This document shows positions 39,525-48,413 of a stretch of DNA of 64,000 nucleotides, in pieces. This stretch comes from Alphaproteobacteria bacterium (GTDB lineage: Bacteria > Pseudomonadota > Alphaproteobacteria > Bin95), in assembly GCA_964291285.2 (NCBI GenBank), contig OZ219785.1, positions 160,001-224,000 of the forward strand, written 5' to 3'. The notes beneath the pieces were generated by a model. The model was not told the origin of the DNA. It worked only from the letters and a program-made list of their open reading frames with translations, and ran no database searches. Position 1 is the first letter of the stretch, and the number at the start of each line of letters is the position of its first letter. Position numbers and translations under genes: made by a program.

Positions 39525-40715
39525 TCAGGAATCGGTCGCGGTTGCCCGGCCGTCACCGGCGCTGTCCGGTTCGCCCGTCATGGTCCGCGCCATCGCCTTG
39601 CCCACCCGCTCGGCCGCAGCTTCGATGTCGCGGTCGGCGAGATGGGCGTAGCGCAGCGTCATGCGCACATCGGAATGGCCGAGCAGGCGGGAGACGACCG
39701 GGACCGGCACGCCGTTCATGACGGCATGGCTGGCCATGGTATGGCGCAGGTCATGAAGGCGCACATCCCCGATGCCGGCTTCGCGTCTGACGCGGTACCA
39801 GAGCGGCAGGTCGGGGCTGCGCGGGCGGGCGGGGTCGCGCGGCGAGGGAAACACGAACGCGCTGCCCGTGCGCGGCTGCCGGTCGAGGATGCGCCGCGCC
39901 CGGCTGCCGAGCGGGACCGTCCTCGGCCCCGTCTTGCTGTCCGAGAGGGCCAGCATGTCCTCGCGAACTTCCGACCATCGCAGGCCCGTGATCTCGCCCC
40001 TGCGGCAACCGGTGAACAGCAGCAGCCGGACGATGTCGGCCTGCTGCCTGTCGCGGCTTCGGGTCTGCGCGTCCAGAACACTGTGCAGGCGTGCGAGTTC
40101 CTCGCGGGACAGGAACCGCATGAGCGCCGGGCGGCGGTTCCTTCTTGTGCCCTTGGCCGGATTGACTTCGATGTGGCCGCAGGCGGCGGCGAAGGTCATG
40201 ATCTGCTGCAGGATGTCGAGGGCGCGGTTGGCGCCGCCGGGCGCGGTCCGGCTGTAGCGGTCGAACCACTGCCGGACATGGGCCGGGGAAATGCGGTCGA
40301 GCGGCTTCGAGCCGAATGCCGGAAGCAATTGTCGCCGGAGTATCCCGGACGCGGTTTGCTGGCCCGACGGCTTGCAGCGGTTGAAATGGGCCTCCTTCCA
40401 CGGGCCGGCGACGAAATCCCGGAACAGCGGGACCGCGCCGGGCGGTTTGGCAGTCTCCTCCGGCTGCGGGGCCGCCTGGCGTTCAAGAGCCTCCCGGCGG
40501 GCTTCGGCGGCGCTCTTCACGCCGACCGGGCCGAGCGAGACGCGCCTGGTGCGCCCGCCGCTGTCGAGCAGCAGCACCCAGCTGCGCCCGCCGGCGGGCC
40601 GCACCCGGACGCCGAGGCCGGCGATGCGCGTGTCCCGGACCGTATATTCCCGCTCGCGGGGGCGGAGACGGGCGACGGCGGCGTCGGTCAGCTTCATCCG
40701 TTCCCGGCCCGCCAT
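39525..40715 (-). CDS. Tyrosine recombinase IntB, copy 2 (intact)
   Basis: Arm-binding N-terminus (LTDAAV...GLGVRVRP-x-G); TGCRRGEI, SKTG, HDLRH, LLGH, TLRY. Confidence 0.93.
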   Translation of the reverse strand: MAGRERMKLTDAAVARLRPREREYTVRDTRIAGLGVRVRPAGGRSWVLLLDSGGRTRRVSLGPVGVKSAAEARREALERQAAPQPEETAKPPGAVPLFRDFVAGPWKEAHFNRCKPSGQQTASGILRRQLLPAFGSKPLDRISPAHVRQWFDRYSRTAPGGANRALDILQQIMTFAAACGHIEVNPAKGTRRNRRPALMRFLSREELARLHSVLDAQTRSRDRQQADIVRLLLFTGCRRGEITGLRWSEVREDMLALSDSKTGPRTVPLGSRARRILDRQPRTGSAFVFPSPRDPARPRSPDLPLWYRVRREAGIGDVRLHDLRHTMASHAVMNGVPVPVVSRLLGHSDVRMTLRYAHLADRDIEAAAERVGKAMARTMTGEPDSAGDGRATATDS

Positions 40716-41839
40716 CAGTCTGCCTCCAGCACGGCGCCGACCGTCTCGACAGCGTCCTGCACCATGGCGTCGGCGACATGGGTATATTTCAGCGTGGTTT
40801 CCGGCCTGCGGTGGCCCAGCAACCGGCCGATGGCGAGCACCGTCACGCCCTGCCGGAGGGCAAGGCTCGCATGCGTATGGCGCAAATCGTGAAGGCGGGC
40901 GTCCTCCAGGTCTGCCTCGGCGCGGACCCTGCGCCAGAAGTGGTCCAGCCAGCTTCCGCTCCGGGGCCGGTCGCTATCCGGGGCCGGGAACACATGGCGG
41001 CCTTCCCGCTCAAGGCCGTCGAGAACGGCCCGGGCCGGCTCCGACAGCCAGACTGTCCTCGGCCCCGTCTTGGAGTCGCGAAGAAACAGGCGGCCTTCCC
41101 GGTAGTCGGACCATTGCAGGGTGAGGATCTCGCCCTTGCGGCAGCCGGTCAGCAGCAGCAGGCGGATGACGGCGACATGCTGCGGCCAGCGGGCCTCATG
41201 CGCCTTGAGCCGCGCGGACAGGCGGCGGATTTCCTCGTCCGGGAGGAACCGCTCGCGGCCCTTGCGGCGGTAGCGGCGGATGCCCCGGCAGGGGTTGGAC
41301 CCTTCCGGGCGCAGGCCCATGGCCTCCGCCTCCCTCATGATGACGGACAGCACCGGCATCGACCGGTCCGCCGCCACCGGCGTCGCGCGCAGGCGGGCGA
41401 ACCAGTTCCTTACCTCCTGCCGGTCGATGGCGGCAACCGGACGCCCGGCGAAATGCGGCAGAAGCCGGTTGCGCAGATAGCTGCGGTTGACAGCGAGCGT
41501 TCCGGCCTTCCAGAGCCTTGCATGGCGCTCGAACACGGTTTCGGCGACGGCTTCGAAGAGCGTCTCGTCCGGCGTGAGCGGCGCCTCCCCGCCGCGCCTG
41601 ATCGCGGCAAGCATGTCCGCAGCCGCAGACCGCGCGTCCGTGACGCTCATCGACCCGGCGTCGCCGACGATCTTCCAGATACGCACGCCGCGATGCTGGC
41701 AGTGGATGAAGAACTGCTTGCGGCCCGAGGGCGACACACGGACGCCGAACCCCCTGAGCCTGCCGTCGCGGACCTCGCGGACGGACCTGCGGGGCTTGAG
41801 CGCCTTCACGCGCGCCTCGGTAAGGGTAGTCTTCGCCAT
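40715..41839 (-). CDS. Tyrosine recombinase IntA, copy 2 (intact)
   Basis: LTEARVKAL...GFGVRVSPSG; TGCRKGEI, SKTG, HDLRH, LLGH, TTLKY; TGATG overlap with intB. Confidence 0.93.
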   Translation of the reverse strand: MAKTTLTEARVKALKPRRSVREVRDGRLRGFGVRVSPSGRKQFFIHCQHRGVRIWKIVGDAGSMSVTDARSAAADMLAAIRRGGEAPLTPDETLFEAVAETVFERHARLWKAGTLAVNRSYLRNRLLPHFAGRPVAAIDRQEVRNWFARLRATPVAADRSMPVLSVIMREAEAMGLRPEGSNPCRGIRRYRRKGRERFLPDEEIRRLSARLKAHEARWPQHVAVIRLLLLTGCRKGEILTLQWSDYREGRLFLRDSKTGPRTVWLSEPARAVLDGLEREGRHVFPAPDSDRPRSGSWLDHFWRRVRAEADLEDARLHDLRHTHASLALRQGVTVLAIGRLLGHRRPETTLKYTHVADAMVQDAVETVGAVLEAD

Positions 41840-41955
41840 TGCGTTTCTCCCGGCTCCGGTTGCAGCCGGGGAACGGGCCCTTGCGACCCGCTTGCCCGAC
41901 CGCTGCATTTCGGGAGAAAAAACGACGCTATGTCAGATAGTTAGCACCGGCAGGT

Positions 41956-42479
41956 GCGGCCGTGGTGTCGTGCGCCTGGCCAGGGCTGAGGTCATAGCGG
42001 ACCGGCAGGCCGCTCACGTCCGACACGGCGTGGATCTTCGTGGTCAGTCCGCCACGGGAACGGCCCATGCAACGATCCGGACCCCCTTTTTTGATCCCGC
42101 CGCATGCTGGTGAACCCGGACGCTCGAACTGTCGATCATCTGCACATTGCCGTCGTGAGCCTCCACCACCGCATCCATCAACTGATCCCAGATGCCCTTC
42201 TTGCGCCAGCGGTTGAACCGGTTGTAGCAGGTCGTACAAGGCCCGTAGTGCTCCGGCAGGTCTCGCCACGGCGCCCCCGCGCGAAGCACCCACAGAATGC
42301 CGTTCAACACCCGCCGGTCGTCAACCCGCGGCACCCCACGGGTCTTGTTCGGCAGCAACGGCTTGATAACCCGCCATTCGAAGTCCGTCAGATCGTACCG
42401 GCCCATGTCCTCGCTCCCTGAAGTTGGGAGCTTGAATCACAGCTTCGCTGAAGAAGAAACCCCTTATGGGTACACGACC
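41956..42479 (-). mobile_element. 5' half of the split IS5-family element (orfA 42044-42406 and start of orfB)
   Basis: MGRYDLTDFEW...WRDLPEHYG; GRSRGGLTTKIHA...LSPGQAHDTTAA; end matches the 28069 end at 14/17 nt; TA flank at 42480-42481. Confidence 0.9.
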
Positions 42480-42514
42480 TAATCTCCTGCGCTACGATAA
42501 AGGAACCGTCCACA

Positions 42515-43294
42515 ATGCCTAACGTGACGACAATTCCAGAAAATATAGAATATGTTCTTCTACACGGCTACGGTGCCAATGCGAGTTCCTGGGATTTAGT
42601 TGCCGATAGTATGAATGCAATTCACTCCACTCATGCTATTGAATTGGTTGGATTTGGTCGGAACGTTCCCCCGAAACACTTCGACTACTCTCTGGAGTCT
42701 CAAGCACAGCATCTGGCGCAATTATTCAGAAACAGGAGTAATTCCTACAGGCTAGTAGCTCACTCCCTCGGTGCAGCTATTGCTGTTATTGCGTTGCTGG
42801 ACTTCAAACTAGATCCGAAGGAGTTAATTTTGATTAGTCCGCTGTTAGTTCCCCAAGAGGCCCCGTTTTTTATTAGCATCCATTCTGTGCCCTTGCTGTC
42901 GAATATTGTCACGAACGCACTCCCACCATCTATCTTGGTCGACTCCGTACTAAAAAGAATCTATTTTGATCCCAAAAAGATAAATGCTGATATTCGGTCT
43001 GCCTATATCGGTGATTTCTCAAACACCTATCATCGACGCGCCCTGCGCGAGACAGCACGCACTCTCTATAGATTTGATGCTGAACCATACGTTAGCCGCT
43101 TCAACAATATTGAGACTCCGGTAACGATTATTTGGTCTCGAGAAGACCCACTTCTCCCATTCCGAAATGCCGCTACATTGCAATCCAAAATGCCCAATTC
43201 AAGATTGTTCCCGATAGACAATTGTGGCCATGCTCCACACGAGGAATGTCCTGGCAAATTTGTTGAGGCATTCTTGTCCTCAAGGGAAAAGTAA
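42515..43294 (+). CDS. Alpha/beta-fold hydrolase (low GC)
   Basis: LLHGYG, AHSLG nucleophile elbow, EDP, CGHAPHEE. Confidence 0.9.
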   Translation: MPNVTTIPENIEYVLLHGYGANASSWDLVADSMNAIHSTHAIELVGFGRNVPPKHFDYSLESQAQHLAQLFRNRSNSYRLVAHSLGAAIAVIALLDFKLDPKELILISPLLVPQEAPFFISIHSVPLLSNIVTNALPPSILVDSVLKRIYFDPKKINADIRSAYIGDFSNTYHRRALRETARTLYRFDAEPYVSRFNNIETPVTIIWSREDPLLPFRNAATLQSKMPNSRLFPIDNCGHAPHEECPGKFVEAFLSSREK

Positions 43295-43298
43295 ATCA

Positions 43299-44144
43299 AT
43301 GCGGTCTATATTGATCAGCCCCCTTAGAATAGTGTGGCCAATCATTGTATCGTTTGGAGCTATTGCACTGTCTGTTGCTGGTTACGGTGGGCTTCTGCCA
43401 TTTGAGTTGCTGCCATCGGGATCGGAGGTGTCAATAAGTATTTCAATCATATCGGTCCCGGTGGTGATCTCAGAAAATCAAATTTATTTCGGACTAATGT
43501 TAGTGGGATTTATGTTATTGTTGAGTTTACCCTTTCGGAATTAGGCAAAATTGTTTCCATCTCATCTTGATTTGATGCTGGCATTCGATGAAGCAGGTAT
43601 AACAAGGCGGTTGACTGGACAGGGCCTTAATAAGAAGTTGGTATTCCCAATTCATTCAAATTGGACAGAAAGACGGAAACAGTTTCTTGATCAGATTGAC
43701 GATATAATCGCAGGCCAGCTCTCCGGAATTGTGCTATTTGGGACAGAGCCGGATAAAGTATCAGGTACAGGGAGAACCACTTTTTTTGTGGAAAAGGTGG
43801 GAGCGCTTCAAAAATATAGGATTTCATCATCAGACGGATATGTACTACTGAGAAAAGAAGCTGATATCGGAGAAATAGAAACCAAATTTCAGCTAATCAA
43901 TACCATTGATAGTGTATTTTCAATAAACCTTTCACAGATATATTTTTCTTGGAAATTTCATATACATCCTGTTTTTGAGCAATTCTATAGAGTTGATCCA
44001 AAAACGACAAGAAGCCTCTTCAACCTATCTACATCTACAGTTGTTCGTTTCTTTCCAGTAATCGATATTGGCGACACCATTTACTTGGTACAGGATGGAG
44101 AGAAATTTGTGCCAATCTGTTATGGTGTGTATTCCACAAGGTAG
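43299..44144 (+). pseudogene. Low-GC membrane-anchored hypothetical protein with an in-frame TAG at 43542-43544
   Basis: ORFs 43224-43544 and 43551-44144 share one frame (PFRN*AKLFP); hydrophobic N-terminal segments. Confidence 0.65.
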
Positions 44145-44339
44145 TCGCTTACCACGCAGTGCGTGGCCCGGAACGTTGAAGGGTGGCGATAGTTGTCAAC
44201 GAAATCGCGCTTGGCAAGTCGTTATGGCGCTGTGCGGCGCGAACCGGTGGAGAGCGCGGGATCGGAGGGGACGAGGGCGTAGCCGGGCGCGGCTGACGGG
44301 GGCCGGATCGGCCCTGTATGTCGCGCGGTCTGCCTGCTG

Positions 44340-45515
44340 TTATCGCCTCCTTGCCATGTCTGCCGGCTCTCCCGTCATCGCTCGCGCCATGGCCGCTCCG
44401 ACCCGCTCCGCAGCCGCCTGGATGTCGCTGTCTGCCAGATGAGCATAGCGCAGGGTCATCTGCACGCTGGAGTGCCCGAGCAGGCGGGAGACGACCGGCA
44501 CCGGTACCCCGTTCATCACGGCATGGCTCGCCATCGTGTGACGAAGGTCATGGAGGCGCACATCTTCAATGCAGGCTTCCTTGCGAACCCGATCCCAGAG
44601 CGGCAGGTGCGGACGGCGCGGGCGGGCCGGGTTGCGCGGCGAGGGAAACACGAATGCGCTCCTGCCGCGCGGCTGCCGGTCGAGGATGCGCCGCGCTCGG
44701 CTGCCGAGCGGAACCGTTCTCGGCCCGGTCTTGGAATCCGTGAGGGCCAGCCCGTCCTCGCGGACTTCCGACCAGCGCAGTCCCAGGATCTCGCCCCTGC
44801 GGCAGCCGGTCAGCAACAGCAGCCGGACGATGTCGGCCTGCTGCCGCGCGCCCTGCCGGGTCTGCGCGTCCAGGGCGGCATGGAGGCGTGCGAGTTCCTC
44901 CCGGGACAGGAACCGGGTGAGCTTCGGCCGCCGGTTTAACGCGATGCCGTCCGTGGAATTACGTTCGATATGGCCGCAGGCGACGGCGAAATTGAGAATC
45001 TGGCGCAGACGGGCCAGGCATTGATTGGCGTTGCCCGGCGCCGTGCGGCTGTATCGCTCGAACCAGCGCCGGATGGCGGCTTCCCCGATGCGGTCGAGCG
45101 GCTTCGATCCGAAGGCCGGCAGAAGCTGGCCCGCCAGTTGGGACCTGGCGACCCTCTGCGTCGAGGGCTTGTAGCCGTCGAAATGCGCCTCCTTCCACGG
45201 GCCCGCGAGGAAATCCCGCAACAGCGGGACCGGCCCCGTGCGCACGGTCTTTCCCACGGGCTCCGGGCTCGCCATGCGGGCATGGCATTCCCTGCGAACC
45301 TCTTCCAGGCCCTTCACCCCGACCGGGCCGAGCGAAACGCGCTTCGTGCGCCCGCCCATGTCCTGCAGCAGCACCCAGCTCTTTCCTCCGGAGGGCCGGA
45401 CGCGGACCCCGAGGCCGGCCGCGCGCGTGTCCCAAACCGTGTATTCCCGCTTGCGGGGGCGGAGCCGGGCGGCGGCGGCGTCGGTCAGTTTTTTCCGTTC
45501 CCTGCCCGCCATCAT
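44340..45515 (-). CDS. Tyrosine recombinase IntB, copy 3 (intact)
   Basis: Paralogue of 39525-40715; full R-K-H-R-H-Y set. Confidence 0.93.
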   Translation of the reverse strand: MMAGRERKKLTDAAAARLRPRKREYTVWDTRAAGLGVRVRPSGGKSWVLLQDMGGRTKRVSLGPVGVKGLEEVRRECHARMASPEPVGKTVRTGPVPLLRDFLAGPWKEAHFDGYKPSTQRVARSQLAGQLLPAFGSKPLDRIGEAAIRRWFERYSRTAPGNANQCLARLRQILNFAVACGHIERNSTDGIALNRRPKLTRFLSREELARLHAALDAQTRQGARQQADIVRLLLLTGCRRGEILGLRWSEVREDGLALTDSKTGPRTVPLGSRARRILDRQPRGRSAFVFPSPRNPARPRRPHLPLWDRVRKEACIEDVRLHDLRHTMASHAVMNGVPVPVVSRLLGHSSVQMTLRYAHLADSDIQAAAERVGAAMARAMTGEPADMARRR

Positions 45516-46636
45516 TTTCCCTCCAGCGCAGCGCCGATCGTCTCGGCGGCCTCATGCACCATGGAGTCGGCAAGGTGGATGTATTTCAGCGTCGTCTCCG
45601 GCTTGCGGTGGCCGAGCAGGCGGCCGATGGCGAGCACGGTTTCGCCTTGCCGGAGCGCCAGGCTGGCTACGGTATGGCGCAGGTCGTGAAGGTGAACGTC
45701 CTCCAGTTCCGCCTCGGCGCGGACCCCGGCCCAGAAATATTCCAGCCAGGTCGCGCTCCGCGGCCGGCTGGCCCCCGATACGGGGAATATCCACCGGTTC
45801 TTGCGCGCAAGGCCGTCGAGGACGGCGCGGGCCGGTTCGGAGAGCCACACGGTCCTGGGTCCCGTCTTGCTATCGCGGAGAAACAGGTGGCCTTCCCGGT
45901 AGTCCCGCCATTGCAGGGTGAGGATCTCGCTCTTGCGGCAGCCTGTGAGCAGCAGCAGGCGGATGACGGCGACCTGCTGCGGCCAGCGGGTCTCGTGCGC
46001 CCGGAGCCTCGCGGACAGGCGGCGGATCTCCTCGTCGGAGAGGAACCGCTCGCGGCCCTTGCGGCGGTAGCGCTTTATCCCCGGGCAGGGGTTGGAGCCC
46101 TCGGGGCGCATGCCCATCCGTTCCGCCTCCCTCATGATGACGGAGAGGATGGGCATGGACCTGTCGGCCGCCACCGGCGTCGCGCGCAGGCGGGCAAACC
46201 AGTTCCTCACCTCCTGCCGGTCGATGTCGGCAATCGGACGCCCCGCGAAATGCGGCAGGATGCGGCTGCGAAGATAGCTGCGGTTCACGCGGAGCGTTCC
46301 GGGCTTCCAGACTCCCTCGTGACGCCGGAACGCGGTCTTGGCGACGGCTTCGAAGAGTGTCTCGTCGGGCAAAGGCGGCGCCTCCTCGCCTCGCCTGATG
46401 GCGTTGAGCATGTCGCCCGCAACGGACCGCGCCTCGGCGACGCCCAGGCTCCCGGCGTCGCCGACGATCTTCCAGATGCGCTCGCCGCGATGCTGACAGT
46501 GGATGAAGAACTGCTTGCGCCCCGAAGGCGACATACGGACGCCGAAGCCCCTGAGCTCGCCGTCGCGGACCTCGCGGACGGACTTGCGGGGTTTGAGGGC
46601 CTTCACGCGCGCCTCGGTAAGGGTGGTTCCCGGCAT
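45512..46636 (-). CDS. Tyrosine recombinase IntA, copy 3 (intact)
   Basis: Paralogue of 40715-41839; ATGA overlap with intB. Confidence 0.93.
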   Translation of the reverse strand: MPGTTLTEARVKALKPRKSVREVRDGELRGFGVRMSPSGRKQFFIHCQHRGERIWKIVGDAGSLGVAEARSVAGDMLNAIRRGEEAPPLPDETLFEAVAKTAFRRHEGVWKPGTLRVNRSYLRSRILPHFAGRPIADIDRQEVRNWFARLRATPVAADRSMPILSVIMREAERMGMRPEGSNPCPGIKRYRRKGRERFLSDEEIRRLSARLRAHETRWPQQVAVIRLLLLTGCRKSEILTLQWRDYREGHLFLRDSKTGPRTVWLSEPARAVLDGLARKNRWIFPVSGASRPRSATWLEYFWAGVRAEAELEDVHLHDLRHTVASLALRQGETVLAIGRLLGHRKPETTLKYIHLADSMVHEAAETIGAALEGK

Positions 46637-46747
46637 AGAATTTCTCCCGGCTCCGGTTGCAGCCAGGGAACTGATATGCTTCCCTAGCTGCAAATTTTCG
46701 GGAGAAAAAACGACGCTATATCAGATAGTTAGCACCCAAGGTGCGCC

Positions 46748-46942
46748 GCCGCGGTGTTCGTCGAAGCCGGCGCTCGCCGGGTCCCTGTCGGCGCTGTAAC
46801 TCACGGGCGCGAAATCGGGAAAGAAACCGACCCCGAGCACGCGCCCCTTTTCCGTGCAGGCGGCAGGGGCCTCCGCCGCTGCGAACAGCGCCGCGAGGCC
46901 GAACGCACCCGCAAGAAGCCGCCTGCCGGATCGCGCCGTCAT
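46748..46942 (-). pseudogene. 5' fragment of a periplasmic substrate-binding protein gene cut by the island boundary
   Basis: Signal peptide then LGVGFFPDFAPVSYS...FDEHRG, running into the integrase-module end. Confidence 0.65.
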
Positions 46943-47103
46943 CGCAGAACCCGCCTTTCCCGCCGCTCCCCGTCTCCGGCGGCGCAACCGGTTTCTATTC
47001 CATCCGCGCCCGGCCTGCCACGGCCCTTTGCCGCCGCGGAGACCGTGAGCCTTTCTTTCGGGCTTTGATTTCCTTCGCTCCCCCGGATATGCCGACGCTC
47101 GTC

Positions 47104-48402
47104 ATGCTTCGCTTTTCCCTGCGAACCCTCGGCCTGTCGCTCGCACTCGCCTCGGCGGTCGCGGCGCCGGCGGGATCGATTGCCGAACGTAACCGGAATG
47201 AGGCGCAGTGGCTGCGTCTCGCCGTCGAACGGCTGTGCCCGCAGCCCACACTGTCCGGCCTCGACGCGCAGACCGCCCTGCCCGGCAGCTGGCTGCTGGA
47301 CGAGACCCGCCGGCCCGATGACGGGGTCCCCCGGCGAATCACCATCCGCCTGCTGCTGCCGGGGGCGGACGAACTCACCGTCGAGCGGCGGCAATTCGGC
47401 GGCAGGCTGCGCCAGTTCCTGGTTTCCTACGCTGCGCATGACGGGGAAGGCGCGCAGCCATCCGTTCAGGCCATCGCCGACGGAGGATGCGTAATCCGGT
47501 CCGGCCGGGCGATCCGGACGGAGGACGGAGGCTGGCGGTATCTCGACCAGTTCGAAGGCGATCTCCGGACGCTGAAATGGGCCGAGACCCTGCAGGCCCC
47601 GTGGCCCGAGGGAACGGACCCCGGTGGCGTCCGGGTCGCCCTCGTGGACTCGGGACTGGCCTACGACCTGCCGCTGTTCCGCGACCGGCTGGCCCGCGAC
47701 AGCGAGGGCATGCCGCTCGGCTACGACTTTTGGGACCTCGATCCCTGGCCCTATGACGGCGACACGTCGCGCGGTCCCTTCCTTCCGATCCGGCACGGCA
47801 CTGCGGTCGCATCCGTGCTCGCGCGCGAGGCGCCGGCAGCCGCGCTCATCCCGTTCCGCTATCCGCGCCCCGACATGACCCGCATGGCCGCGCTGGTCCG
47901 CCGCGCCGCCGATGCAGGCGCCCGCATCCTCGCCATGCCGCTCGGCAGCCGCAATCCGGGGGACTGGCGCGGGTTCGAGCGCGCGCTCGGCAGGCACGAC
48001 ATGCTGGCCGTCGTCTCGGCGGGGAATAACGGCCGCGATATCGACAGGGGGAGCCCGGTCTATCCGGCCGCGTCCACGCTTGAAAACATCCTCGTTGTCA
48101 CTTCGGCCGACGGCTTCGGGCGCCTCGCCCGGGGGTCGAACTGGGGCCGGGAGAGCGTGGATGTCATGCTGCCGGCGGAGAATGTCGGGATCGTCGATTT
48201 TCGCGGCGCTTCGGGGACCGCTTCCGGCTCCAGCTACGCGGTGCCGCGCCTTGCCGCCCTTGCGGCGAGGCTGCTGGCGCGGGAGCCGGGACTGACTGCG
48301 GCCCGGCTCAAGGCCCGCATCCTGGCCCGCGCGACGCCGTCTCCCTATGAGCGGGAGGGCGTCGTGGCCGCCGGCTGGATTCCCGACCCGCTTTCGGACT
48401 GA
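47104..48402 (+). CDS. S8 (subtilisin-like) serine peptidase
   Basis: VALVDSG, HGTAVA, SAGN, SGSSYAVP; signal peptide. Confidence 0.85.
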   Translation: MLRFSLRTLGLSLALASAVAAPAGSIAERNRNEAQWLRLAVERLCPQPTLSGLDAQTALPGSWLLDETRRPDDGVPRRITIRLLLPGADELTVERRQFGGRLRQFLVSYAAHDGEGAQPSVQAIADGGCVIRSGRAIRTEDGGWRYLDQFEGDLRTLKWAETLQAPWPEGTDPGGVRVALVDSGLAYDLPLFRDRLARDSEGMPLGYDFWDLDPWPYDGDTSRGPFLPIRHGTAVASVLAREAPAAALIPFRYPRPDMTRMAALVRRAADAGARILAMPLGSRNPGDWRGFERALGRHDMLAVVSAGNNGRDIDRGSPVYPAASTLENILVVTSADGFGRLARGSNWGRESVDVMLPAENVGIVDFRGASGTASGSSYAVPRLAALAARLLAREPGLTAARLKARILARATPSPYEREGVVAAGWIPDPLSD

Positions 48403-48413
48403 CCCCCGCCCGG

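Larger units (their letters stand above)
28395..41955 (-). mobile_element. ~13.6 kb integrative element carrying a twin tyrosine-recombinase module, inserted in IS5
   Basis: Flanked by the 13-bp direct repeat GCGGCCGTGGTGT (28382-28394 and 41956-41968); the IS5 halves rejoin in frame. Confidence 0.85.

Noticed and set aside
46740-47100. tRNA or tmRNA integration site at the island's right boundary
   Set aside because: No tRNA-like sequence was seen; the junction lies inside a protein-coding gene
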